A stretch of 64,000 nt of DNA, taken from NCBI GenBank assembly GCA_965235115.1, contig OZ249450.1, positions 7,254,001-7,318,000 of the forward strand, in the 5' to 3' direction. Made by a program: the position numbers and the translations under genes. Below are positions 31,628 to 45,400 of this stretch, in pieces. The notes under the pieces are model-generated. The model had not been told where the DNA came from and searched no databases. It was given only the letters and a program-made list of their open reading frames with translations. Each line of letters starts with the position of its first letter. The first letter of the stretch is position 1. This stretch comes from Laetmonice hystrix. Lineage: Eukaryota.

Positions 31628-32430
31628 CCCCATCCAATACTTCAACAAGTCCTACACTATAACCCACATCAGGCTGGACCCCCTCATCCAATACTTCAAC
31701 AAGTCCTACACTATAACCCACATCAGGCTGGACCCCCTCATCCAATACTTCAACAAGTCCTACACTATAACCCACATCAGGCTGGACCCCCTCATCCAAT
31801 ACTTCAACAAGTCCTACACTATAACCCACATCAGGCTGGACCCCCTCGTCCAATACTTCAACAAGTCCTACACTATAACCCACATCAGGCTGGACCCCCT
31901 CATCAAATACTTCAGCAAGTCCTACACTATAACTCACATCAGGCTGGACCCCCTCATCCAATACTTCAACAAGTCCTACACTATTACCCACATCAGGCTG
32001 GACCCCCTCATCCAATACTTCAACAAGTCCTACACTATAACCCACATCAGGCTGGAACCCTTCATCTAGTACCTCAACAAGTCCTACACTATAACCCACA
32101 TCAGGCTGGACCCCCTCATCAAATACCTCAACAAGTCCTACACTATAACCCACATCAGGCTCGACCCCCTCATCAAATACTTCAACAAGTCCTACACTAT
32201 AACCCACATCAGGCTGGACCCCCTAATCAAATACTTCAACAAGTCCTACACCCCCATCAGGCTGGACCCCCTCATCAAATACAGGTCCTGCCCTATAACC
32301 CACATCAGGAAGGACCCCCTCATCAAATACTTCAACAAGTCCTACACTATAACCAAAACCCACATCAGGCTGGACCCCCTCATCCAATACCTCAAGTCCT
32401 GTGATATAACCCACACCAGGCAGATCCCCT
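31628..32430. repeat. 54-bp minisatellite, about 14 copies
   Basis: CATCCAATAC recurs at 31631, 31685 and onward; unit ACTTCAACAAGTCCTACACTATAACCCACATCAGGCTGGACCCCCTCATCCAAT. Confidence 0.95.
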
Positions 32431-33423
32431 AATCTAATACCATCCCACAAACTGTAATGAGATTTCATCGTCGATAACTGGAGATTGAACCTGGATTCCA
32501 ACCCCAAATCTGCCATCCATCTTACCCCGCAAAGCAGAATTTAAGCACTAGTTCTTACCCCCCCCCCCCAACCTTATTTATTTCTTTGGTATGTTTCACT
32601 ATCATCATCATCGCCATCGCCATCGCCATAAACTCTCCACTAAATATACATGATACAGTGACATAAATTTCCCAGAAAAATCAACGACCTGCCTCATCAG
32701 GGAACCTGCATGAAGCAGTTCCTACACTAAATCCAAGAAGAAAGTCGGAGAAGGTCCTGCACTACATCCAAACCAACAAGTCTAACCCCGCCTTTCCCGC
32801 TCCGCCCTGGGGGTGGGGGGTGGGGGGGGGGTTATATCATTGAGGTAGGATGGAACCATCACCTACTTGTTACATCACTCATGTGGACCGTCCGCATACC
32901 GATATATTGCCGTTAATAATCACAGGTAAAGGTGCTCATATGGGAATCACAAGTGCTGCTCCGTTTTCTTTTTGATATCTTCACATTTTAACTGTCAATA
33001 ATGAAGGACCCGGTCGGAGCGTGACCAGAACCCAGCTGGCAGCAGTCGCTCCAGGATACAGAGCCTGGTCCACTGGCCTGGCCAGCCAGCCGATATGGGC
33101 AATTCACCGCGTTATGATTGGCCGTAAAATCTCTACATTAACATATGTGTACTTTCCAACCAATCCGGGCAGAGTGTAGATGTACATGTATATATAACAA
33201 CAGGTTACCTTTGAAGATACATCCATGCATTCTTGATTTCTGTCCCCCACGGCCAACCATACTAAATTCAGCTGGCTGGGTGGGCCAGCGGACCACCCAT
33301 TATACATTAATTTCTCATGCTCTAGTTGTATTTCCAGGGGAAACCTGTCCAAGCTCACAGCATGTAGCAAAGTAGGCGCAGGGGATATTTTACATGTGGG
33401 CACCGTACGTCTTGACCTTCGTA

Positions 33424-36400
33424 CTACGTCTTGACCTTGGATTTGGTTTTCACCAAACCATTCTTGATATGACCATTGGACTTCTTGTGGTTTACAAACA
33501 GTGTCTCCTGGTCACTGGAGAAGTCCGACTCCGAGATCATCAAACTGCTGTTCTGGATTTTACCTGGAAACGACAAGAACAGAGAATGGATCAGCTCGAG
33601 CTTAAACACGTCATGTCAACGTCATGGTCCCGTAAACCTCGGTAGTATAAATCTCAAAGTGAGCTACCCTTCTCTCATTTAGTGGATTTCTGGAACTAGT
33701 GAAAAAGTGTCTGAGACAGTGTGTCTAATTTAAGAGCATGTAAAAATAAGTACATGTGTACTTGTAAGGTTCATGCACCGACTGATAGGGGCGCCTTGTT
33801 TGGCTGCCCTCCCATGCAAATACTATGGTGCACATCTGTGGTCAAAGTACCATCTGTAGTCAAAGTACCATCTGTGGTCAAAGTACCATCTGTGGTCAAA
33901 GTACCATCTGTATTCAAAGTACCATCTGTATTCAAAGTACGATCCTTTATCCATCTGTACTGCTCTAGTTTGTGGGCATATATAAAGTGCATTAGGATTT
34001 CAGTCCACATACAACTGTTAGTATGATACATGGGTGGAGTCAAATCTGCATTCAAAATGCAATTCCGCATACAACAAGGAATAAACTGCAAAACCTGTTA
34101 GTACAAGAAATTTACAATGGTGTTTAGTTTTACCACAATGGAAACTCTGAACCTTTTCAGGCCATCTAATTTTGACGATTACGTGTTTCCTGTATATCTT
34201 TTGTAGGGAATGATAAAATGTTACTTTTGGCAGTTTTGACCTGAAATAACAATCATATCTATAATATTGTTTTCTATGTTATATTTTCCCTTTGCAAAAA
34301 GATGCAATTTCTTATTTTCATGCGAAAAATATCGAAGTTACAGGCACTCAAAATGTTCCGTTTCCACCCATCTGAAGCCAACCATGGAAGGCTGACTCGG
34401 AACCCTCTGCGCCGGGCAAGCATTATTATTAACGAACCTGCTAAGGGCTAATAAAGAACTTGAAAGGATAAATGAATTATTCTAAGACAGAAGTTTGAGA
34501 TTCGTTAAAACTGTGGCTGATGATTACAGAAGATACCAATTTACCACTTACAGGTATTGAAATTGTACAATACGTCAACTTGAAATATTCCCTGATCTCA
34601 AACTTTGTCTTAGATATTAAAGTAATTATGATGAACAAAGTTGTGTTAGGTATCAAGGAAATGAAAAAGTCAGTTGTCCAGCCAATGTAATCGACGATTA
34701 TCGCGCGATTCACTGGTATGGTTCGTGGGGGGGGGGGGGGGGGGGGGGGGGGGTCAGATGAGAAAACCCCGCTGGGATGGGGATTTTTAAATGTTAGATC
34801 TAGTATTATCATGCACCATACTATGTTAAAATTGTTGCTGGTTCCAAAGAGTTGAGGCTAACACCAATGTCCATGTGGGAACCGTATATGTGTCAGGTTT
34901 GATAAATCTTCATACATAGGCGGGGTGAAACGATCTACATGGCAGCGCTTTTTAAACACTGAGGGGGTCATGCCAGCCCATATAATGTGATAACCTAAAT
35001 AATGTGATATCAACCCAAATAATGTGGTATCAACCCAAATAATGTGGTATCAACCTAAATAATGTGATATCAACCTAAATAATGTGATATCAACCTAAAT
35101 AATGTGATATCAACCCAAATAATGTGGTATCAACCTATAGTTGTGGTCACCTATTCCCGCTAAAGTCAGGCCAAACACAAGGTTCCCTCAGACAGTTTTA
35201 AGGAGAACGCTTGGCTTTTCCATGCTTTTGAAAACCAAACATAAAGAGTGCTTTCTATGGCGGTGTTCTCTGAAGTTCTATGCATACTACATTATTGTTT
35301 TAGTGTTGAGAAAATGACAATGTCTGTGATCAATTCAGAGTCTACGTTCATGCTCTAATGACCATACTTGACAAAGTGTTAGTTAAAGAAACTAATGCAC
35401 AACTATTCTCATTGCTTTAAAGTTGTCGGCGATATCAAGGTGAGATTTTACAGAACTATTTGTGGAGTCGTGGCAGGGATAGCAAGCTGTTGGCTGAGAT
35501 GAGTGCTGGGATGAGCAGGAGTAGCGGCGGTGGGTGAGTGGGAGGGGCGTGGGTGGACATCCTTACATTGAGACATTGATACGTACGCATGTACTCACGT
35601 GCTAAACCATTTATGGGTCTTCTCTTGCCTGCAGACACAACATGGAGTTGGGGGTTGTGACACGTTTACCAAGTAATGGCCCAAGTTTGTCATTTAAATC
35701 ACTAAAATTCTACTATAATTTCTAAAATGTAGAAAACATGAAAAGTGCTGAAATGATCGAGATTTGCAGGAATTTAAACAAACGTTTATAATGTCTCAAT
35801 GGTCTAAGACTAAGACTAATTCTTTCAAACACAAACTTGAGCCATTCTGTTAAAAGAACTGACAACATAGGAATTATATACAGACAGCTGGATGATGTAA
35901 GACAATCACAAAATCAATGCGGAAATGTTGCAAAATTAAACCTCTAAAATCAAACAAATCACTTAAACATCAACAAAACGCCAAACCTTCAAATGCAAAC
36001 CCGACAGAGAGTTGATTAATTCAAATGCACCAAAAACTTCATGACACCTGGGGTGTGTTTCATGACCAACGTCTTGTGTTTCATGACCAACGTCTTGTGT
36101 TTCATGACCAACGTCTTGTGTTTCATGACCAACGTCTTGTGTTTCATGACCAACGTCTTGTGTTTCATGACCAACGTCTTGTGTGTCATGACCAACGTCT
36201 TGTGTTTCATGACCAACGTCTTGTGTTTCATGACCAACGTCTTGTGTTTCATGACCAACGTCTTGTGTTTCATGACCAACGTCTTGTGTTTCATGACCAA
36301 CGTCTTGTGTGTCATGACCAACGTCTTTTGTTTCATGACCAACGTGTTGTGTTTCATGACCAACGTCTTGTGTTTCATGACCAACGTCTTTTGTTTCATG

Positions 36401-39400
36401 ACCAACGTCTTGTGTTTCATGACCAACGTCCCATTCCCCAACACAAACCAATCTACATTTAACGCCCTTCAATGTGTGATACACCTTCAGTTGACAGAGT
36501 CAGAGTGAAATTTTCTGATAAGAGACTTGTACAGGGTTGAGAAACACACCCCGGTGGTGCCTTAAAGGTACACGCATAAGTGGCATACCCTCCAGGGTTA
36601 GTACTTTGAGAGTGAAATCTAGTCTTAGATGTGTTTCTAGTCATGCTTACACCCAGGCCCAGAGGTTTATACCTCGAATTCTACAGCGTCCTGTCAAACA
36701 AACACAAGCTGGGATACACAACGAAGACGGCGATACATTCTGGCAATCAGGATCCAATAGGAGCACAGGAAATACGTGTACTGACACAATCTTTTCTACA
36801 CAACCCGCGATTTGTCAACATTAGCAACTTGATATATTTTATTTTACAGTACTTCACAAAGCAAGCTAAGGAAGGTGTCGGTCTGTACTTGTGATGGATC
36901 CCACATATTGGAGAGGATTGTGTGTATGTAACAATTGGCCGGGTCCATGGGTTTAGCAATGTGTCTATCCTGATGTTGTGGAGAGGATTGTGTGTATGTA
37001 ACAATTGGCCGGGTCCATGGGTTTAGCAATGTGTCTATCCTGATGTTGTGGAGAGGATTGTGTGTATGTAACAATTGGCCGGGTCCATGGGTTTAGCAAT
37101 GTGTCTATCCTGATGTTGTGGAGAGGATTGTGTGTATGTAACAATTGGCCGGGTCCATGGGTTTAGCACTGTGTCTATCCTGATGTTGTGGAGAGGATTG
37201 TGTGTATGTAACAATTGGCCGGGTCCATGGGTTTAGCACTGTGTCTATCCTGATGTTGGATCAGGGTGAGGAAACTCATGAAAGCGGCTTTATCTTGATA
37301 TTTTAATCCATGGATCATCATGTATCTTCGTGCCACTTACCCCTAGGGATCATCTCCACGTTATCCTTGTCTTCCTCTAGCTCATCCAGGAGAGTATAAC
37401 GATGACGCTTCTTCGGTCTCCACCGGAAACATCTGAGGGACATGTACAGATAATGTAGTTTTCAAAACATAAACTCAGATCTGCTAACGATAGAAACTCG
37501 ATCTGCTAACGATAGAAACTCAGATCTGCTAACAATAGAAACTCAGATCTGCTAACAATAGAAACTCGGAGCTGCTAACGATAGAAACTCAGATCTGCTA
37601 ACGATAGAAACTCAGATCTGCTAACGATAGAAACTCGATCTGCTAACGATAGAAACTCGGAGCTGCTAACGATAGAAACTCAGATCTGCTAACGATAGAA
37701 ACTCGGAGCTGCGTTTCTGGAAGGAAAGATGTCTTTGGCAAAGATGTCTTTGGAAACATGTTTTTTCAGCGAGAGTGTGCATGCAGGGAGGACTTTAGCC
37801 AAACAAATATCAGAAAAGGCCAGAAACAGTTTCCATGGCATCAGCGACATCATACAGCTAACAAAAACGCACTTGCGTTCCTAAAAACTCCAACATTTCT
37901 CCAAGTCTTCCACATCAGAGGTTAATTATTATGGTCTGCGTCTCATCACCTGATGACAACTAAAAACTTGACTACTTCCACTAATTTATGACGCGAGACA
38001 GATGGTACCTTAGACCCGACTACTCACACCGGAGACTGTACTGACTTTCGACAGAGGCAGACGAAGCCCCAGATGAGGCCAGCCAGGCCCACCACCACGA
38101 TGAAGGCCACGATGATGACGTAGAGGATGCTCCAGTCACAATTACTCTCGCCATGAAGGAGGAGGACGGAGAGGAAGTTCTCCATCCAGAAAGCCTCGCA
38201 GGTACACCGCTTGGTGTGGCTGTCACAGTGCCCGTGTCCCGAACAATTGTTCTGACACACTGAAATACATAAACAGTGAAAGGAATATGTAAACCAGCCT
38301 TGGAATCTTGAACTCGGAGAAAGAAAAGTTTACGTCTGTTTCAGAGCATCACATTTGAAGATTGTACTCGTACTCCTTTGCACTTGCAACTTGCTCCTCA
38401 GGAGCGCTGTCAATCACGCTCCTCAGAAGTGCTGTCGATCACGCTCCTAAATTTTGTAGTTGTTGAATAAATAACTGTTGATTTATTGTAATATTGACAC
38501 TTCAGCCCTTGTGTCTTGGATGTAGTTGACTAGCAAAGCTAACTTTGCTAGTAACTACATCCCTTCCTCCTGTCATGTGTCTGCAACCCGTGAAGAACAA
38601 CTAAATACATTCATAAGTAAAATCTTAGGTCACACTCAGGCCTGATTCAATAAGCAATATGTCACTTTGTTTTTAGAAGAGTAGCTCTCCTAAGTTTCTC
38701 CCTGAGACCATCTAAGTCATACCTAGCGTATCAAGGAGAACAATCCGGTAGTCTATCATATCACTGTCTGTCCTTAGTTTTTTCTTCAGAGTCGCCACCA
38801 CGTTGGTGCCTTTCTGAACGAACTCTTTGCCATTCCGCATTGTTTTCGCATAGAACTCCACACTCAGCCTGAAATAGAAAGAAGATGAGCAACCATCAGA
38901 AAATGCTATCCCTGATGACCACAGTAAACTTAAAGATATTTGATGACCCAGCTGCTTTGGGAGGAGTTTCAGTAACATTAACTTGTAGCTAATATTACAA
39001 ACCTTCACTATCACCAATCTGGTGAGACACCTTTTTACCGCTAGGGGGCTTACATTGAGGCGAGCCGCTAGGGGGCTCTGTTGGTGGAGGTATGACTTCA
39101 TACTTAAATAAATGAGTCAGGTTAGGTTAGCAGTGGTTCACCAGCATGTACTGGAAGAGGGTGGAGTGCTATGATAATGACTACGGGGTTGGGGAATTCC
39201 AGAACAGATTTAGTCACACGATCATGGCACAAACACAAAGTTGGCCCCTGCTTGCTGGTACTCACCGGCCAGAGGCAGGCATGTCCTGGAGTCGCTGGAG
39301 GACAACGACTGAGGTTCCTAACTGGTTGGTCGTGTGCAGGAGTAGGGCCAACTGATTCTCCAGGCCGTGCTGTCAATCACAGGAAAAAAAGGAGTCATAC

Positions 39401-42400
39401 AATAAGACTTCTCTCATTTGTCAAAAATAGCTTAAAAATTATTTTTTTGGTGATGTTTTTCCAGACTCTTGTACTTACTTTGTTTGCTTCTGAAAATGTT
39501 GCAATATCAGCCTCGAGTTGCAGTTCAACGATGTCGTTTCTATGGGGATCTGTGGGAATGAGATCAGGAGGCATTACAATATGGTGCTAACACTAACAGT
39601 GTCACACTGACAACACTCTATTAGTGGATTAAATGAGATCAGGAGACGTTACAATATGGTGCTAACATTTACAGTGTCACAGTGACAACACTGATGTTGG
39701 AACACATGTCTCACTCACAACACTATTAGTGGATCAACTCGAGATGAACAGTATTTACAGACTGAAGAACTATATATTTCTGCTGACCGTCTTTAACGAT
39801 GACTGAGGCAGTGTCTGTTGAGGAAAGTCCCTCGGCATCCACCACTTTCAAGGTGAATATATATCGGCCTGTGATGACGTTAGTCAGCTGGAGTATGGCA
39901 CGATGCTCGGACCCGTTTAGGACATCCTGATCAAACAACAACCTCCTATTCACACCTATCATGTATAACAGCAACTACTTGGCATTCTGGTAAGACTTAC
40001 CAGATTTTCACAGCTTCTACATTTGCAACAAAGACTGCATTAGTACCCATATTAGGTAATGACTGTTTTTGCTGAGGCAGTCTAAGGAAGATTTGCAGTG
40101 GTGAACAGTGATTAAACTGACACTACTTTAAACATAATTCCAAAACTGCAAGAGATAGGGAAAAATCATCAATTAAAATTCTAATCAGGGTTAAAAAGAG
40201 ATACGTTAGCTGTGCCTACCCCTGCAGCTAGACTTTTGTCATCTCGCGTCCACTCGTATGATACAATTCCCTTGTCATCTGTAGACTTGGAACCATCCAG
40301 TTCAACAAGTGTTAGTGGCAGGTTTACAACTTTATCTCCGCCGGCATTGGCCTCAGGTGGGTGGTTCTCATCTGGGACAACATCAGCTCACAATAACTTC
40401 ACAGTCATTTAATAACATCATATTGTCATTCAATAACTCTAAACAGTCACTTCCCCGAGACGATGACCTTAGCTGACACAGCGTAAAAAACGGAATTACT
40501 CTTTCACCCACACAATAACTCGCCCTACAACTCGACTCAATCATCAAATATACTGCAAAGTAACAAAATTTCATTCCCGAGACGATGACCTTAGCTGACA
40601 CAGCGTAAAAAACGGAATTACTGATTCACCCACACAACAACTCACCCTACAACTCGACTGAATCATCAAATATACTGCAAAGTAACAAAATTTCATTCCC
40701 TGTACAAGACTAACAAATACCCAAATATATTACCCCCAAAAAGTTTAAAATTGACCTAGCTCCTGAAGCAGTTTGGAGACCTGGGCGGGACCAAGGATGT
40801 CAGACCCAATTCTTTCACTTACTTTCTTTGACCGTGATAGTGACAGTATTGGACGACTGCAGACCTTCTTCATCGACCACCAAGAGGCGGAACTTGTACT
40901 CGCCGGCCACCAACTTGGAGGCAGTGGCAATGGCTCTGTCTGCATTGTTAATGGTGATCGTTGAAGGCCCACTGTGGATAGAAACCAAGTAAACTTCTGA
41001 GAAACTTACTTATGATGTGCAATCAGCAGTATGCCATTAGAAATGAACTACTGGATAAAAAGTTATCTTACAAATAGATTACAAAGGGTCCAAATTAATA
41101 ACATGTCATCCGAGTACATGTGTATTTATATATACCATATGGAGTACCCCAAGGTTCTGTTCTTGGACCGATTTTATTCTCAATTTTTATTAATGACCTG
41201 GCAGAGAAAAATAGATGGAATGTTATTGTATGGTGATAATGATGCACTATTGTCACCTTGACCCAGACCTCACAACAGAACTTGGACATTACTTCATGCC
41301 GAGAATTTACTTACATTAAATGTGAAAAAAATCCAAGTGGATGATCTTAGGACAGGACAAAAATAAGGCACCTGACGCTATTTTATACCTAAGCAATAAC
41401 CGTTCGGAACGTGTTAGACATTTAATTATCTGGGAATGACTCTCGACTCATACCGGTACTTAGATTTTAGGGAACATTGCAAGAAGATTCGCAGAATGGT
41501 GAATATAAAATTGAATTACTTTGCTAAAATTAGAAGATTTATAACAACTTATTCTTACTTTATATAAAATGACAATTCTGCCATTCCTAGATGATGGTGA
41601 TTATATCTATGATCAAGGTTTGCAATATACGAATCAATCATTACAAAAACTTCAGAACCGAGTGCTCAGAGTTGCTTTTAATTAACATATTCGACCCTAC
41701 ACTAACAGATTCAGCACAGAAGAATTGCACAGGAGGGCTAAATTACACCGACTCTGTTATCGCAGAGAACAACACCTATTCTTATACACATTTAATAAGT
41801 GAACGGGGCCGATGTTGATGAAAGTCAAATCCCAACGAGACTACATAATGACATTCAGTTAAACAGGTTAAGGATTACCAATAGAAAGTTTTATAAGAGT
41901 ATTGGACATAGAGCAAACGAACTATGGAATACCCTGGATGCAAAACTCCTATTGATACCAAAATTGACAAAAATCTGGTAGATGTTTGAAAGTGTTTTTC
42001 TCATCCTATGTTAAACCAATAGAGAAATTGTGACATAACAATCGTTTAGGGACCAGAGTGCTGCATTTCGAGGCTATTTCTGCTCATTTACATGTCAAGG
42101 ACAAGAAACTTGCATGCCCTATGACAGACTTGTGTTACCGTCTTTTCTGCGTGGCGGCAGCACTATCAACCCGGTCCCCTTGGCCCACATTATTATGACG
42201 TTAGATAGCTCGACGAAATGCTAATCTATCGCTGGGTGCCGGAGTGCTATTTGCTATGAAAGATTATGGTGCGTTTAGGAGTCCTTCAACATGGTGAAGC
42301 CTATCAAGTTATTATTTTTCATAACAAATAGTCTAAACACATCCTGCCAGATAGCATTTCGTCGTCCTATCTAACATCATACTAATGTGTAGCCAAGAGG

Positions 42401-45400
42401 ACCGGGCGACAGTGCTGACGCCACGCAGATATTACTGGAAATGCGCCGTTGCGCATGCGTCTCAAGTCCCTCATTGGGCTAAGGTCAGGTGGGCAGCATC
42501 CAGAGAATAGTTGAGAACCACTGGCTAAAGGATGTACTGGATCAGTTTAAACTTAAAGGGCACGACTGACCAAACTGATGCACACACCTAACCTGATAGA
42601 GCTGGACCCTTGACCTGATTACTGGACGTACCATGGCCTGGCTCACAAGCAAAGTCAAGTCAAATATAACTAAATTGAAATCCATTTTTTCCAACCAGAC
42701 TCAAGTAAAATTCACATCAAGTGAAGTAAATCTGACTTGACTTTGCTTGTGAACGCGGCACTGATCTCTTTCCGATGACATCCCTTGACCTGACTGAAGA
42801 TTGTAGCTGACTTTAAACAAGAACGTACCTGATCTGTTTCCAGCTATAGGATGAGATCCTTTGATCATCTGTACTGTTGCTGCCGTCCAGTGTGGTAGAA
42901 GACATCGGCAGCCACACTGTCTTAGCTTTGCCTGTCCTGGCTATAGGAGGCTTATTGTGTTCTGAAAAATGTATAACTTTTGTAAAGAAGGGAAAAAAGA
43001 CATCCAAGTGTTATGAGACTGTTATCAACTCAATGGATCATAACTGTAAAATATACTCATGGCATTTCATTCTTTACACATATTTTTCTGTCGAAATGGA
43101 AAGTTTCATGCGCTGTAACAAACCTGGTTTGACAAAGACATGAACATCCGCTGTGGACGTCTGGCCAGCAGTGTCCGTAACTTTCAAAGAAAACGTGTAA
43201 TCCCCAACCTCTAAATTCTCCAAGTGTAAGTATGCTGATCTTGTTCCCTGCAACAGAAAATAATCCAACTTCAATAACTTAATATCAATGGAAACAATAA
43301 CCTACATTGCTCAAAATTTTTTTTTTACAAGGTTTTTTCCCAGCTTGTTTTCCTTCTTTGGATTCTGTGGTGTTGATGTGTTGCAGTGGGGTATTTTATG
43401 GGTATGGGTCGAGTCAGTGGGTACAAAGGTGGATATCTCACCGTCATGTCAGCCGTAAGTTTGTCATTGGATTTTTTGATCCACTCGTAGCTATTGATAC
43501 CCTTGTCATCAGTACTAGCATTGCCGTAGAGGGTGACAGAGTTCTGGGGTAGACTGAGGATGACGTTTGATCCAGCATTGGCCTTGGGAGGGTAGTCTGT
43601 CTCTGTGGATGACAATATGTCTGACGACAGTGTGCCTGGCAGCCACCACCTCTAATATACTTATCCTGAGAATTATATTCAACATTTTGACTGGCTACAT
43701 TACGATTAATAAAGTTTCACTACCTAAATGATGCATTTCTCATGCAAACTAAACTTACCTTTAATGACGGTAACGTTAGCAAATGTAGAGTTTTCCATCT
43801 GATCTGAGTCTGTGACCGTCAATCTGTGTTGATAAAAAAAAAAATTTTCAAACATATTTGACCGTTGCAACATGACCATGCTACCAAAACGCAAATCTTT
43901 ATATTACGATACAGCTCATTTTGAGCACCAACCCTCGATCTAGCCTTGGTGAGGATAAGACAGAGACTTACTTAAATCTGTATTTTCCCGGTGCCAGCCC
44001 CTTAATGACCAGCATGGGCCTCTCCAGGGCCGCATCCTTGATGTTCTTGGAGTTGAGTGGTCCGGCCACTTGGTCCCAGTGGTACCGCACGATCTTGTCA
44101 TCATCTGTGCTCACTGTAACCACACACAATCAGCAACTACCAACGGCGACATTCATCTCCAATTTCAAATTGAGAATATGTTGTATGCTAGTGATAACAC
44201 TCATCGTCAATGCCACATTGAGGGTCATATATTATACTAATGGTAACACTAATTGTCAATGACACATTGAGGATAAGTCATATACCAACAGTAACACTAA
44301 TCGTCAATGACACATTGAGGACAAGTCATATACCAATGGTAACACTCATCGTCAATGCCACATTGAGGATAAGTCATATACCAACAGTAACACTCATCGT
44401 CAATGACACATTGAGGATAAGTCATATACCAACGGTAACACTCATCGTCAATGACACATTGAGGATAAGTCATATACCAACGGTAACACTCATCGTCAAT
44501 GACACATTGAGGATCAGTCATATACCAACGGTAACACTCATCGTCTATGACACATTGAGGGTAGGGCATATACCAACGGTAACACTCATCGTCAATGACA
44601 CATTGAGGATAAGTCATATACCAACAGTAACACTCATCGTCAATGACACATTAAGGATCAGTCATATACCAACGGTAACACTAATCGTCAATGACACATT
44701 GAGGATAAGTCATATACCAACAGTAACACTCATCGTCAATGACACATTGAGGATAAGTCGTATACCAACGGTAACACTCATCGTCAATGACACATTGACG
44801 GTAGGTCATATACCAATGGTAACACTCATCGTCAATGACACATTGAGGATAAGTCATATACCAACGGTAACACTCATCGTCAATGACACATTGAGGATCA
44901 GTCATATACCAACGGTAACACTCATCGTCAATGACACATTGACGGTAGGTCATACCAACGGTAACACTCATCGTCAATGACACATTGAGGATCAGTCATA
45001 TACCAACGGTAACACTAATCGTCAATGACACATTGACGGTAGGTCATACCAACGGTAACACTCATCGTCAATGACACATTGAGGATCAGTCATATACCAA
45101 CGGTAACACTAATCGTCAATGACACATTGAGGATAAGTCATATACCAATGGTAACACTAATCGTCAATGACACATTGAGGATCAGTCATATACCAACGGT
45201 AACACTAATCGTCAATGACACATTGAGGATAAGTCATATACCAACAGTAACACTAATCGTCAATGACACATTGAGGACAAGTCATATACCAATGGTAACA
45301 CTCATCGTCAATGCCACATTGAGGATAAGTCATATACCAACGGTAACACTCATCGTCAATGACACATTGAGGATAAGTCATATACCAACGGTAACACTCA

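Noticed and set aside
31563-32516. 214-aa and 97-aa repetitive ORFs (VGYSVGLVEVLDEGVQPD)n
   Set aside because: By-product of a 54-bp minisatellite whose unit is a multiple of 3; no splice link to KIAA0319L.
35963-36508. Overlapping ORFs in four frames
   Set aside because: A 21-bp intronic repeat that happens to lack stops.
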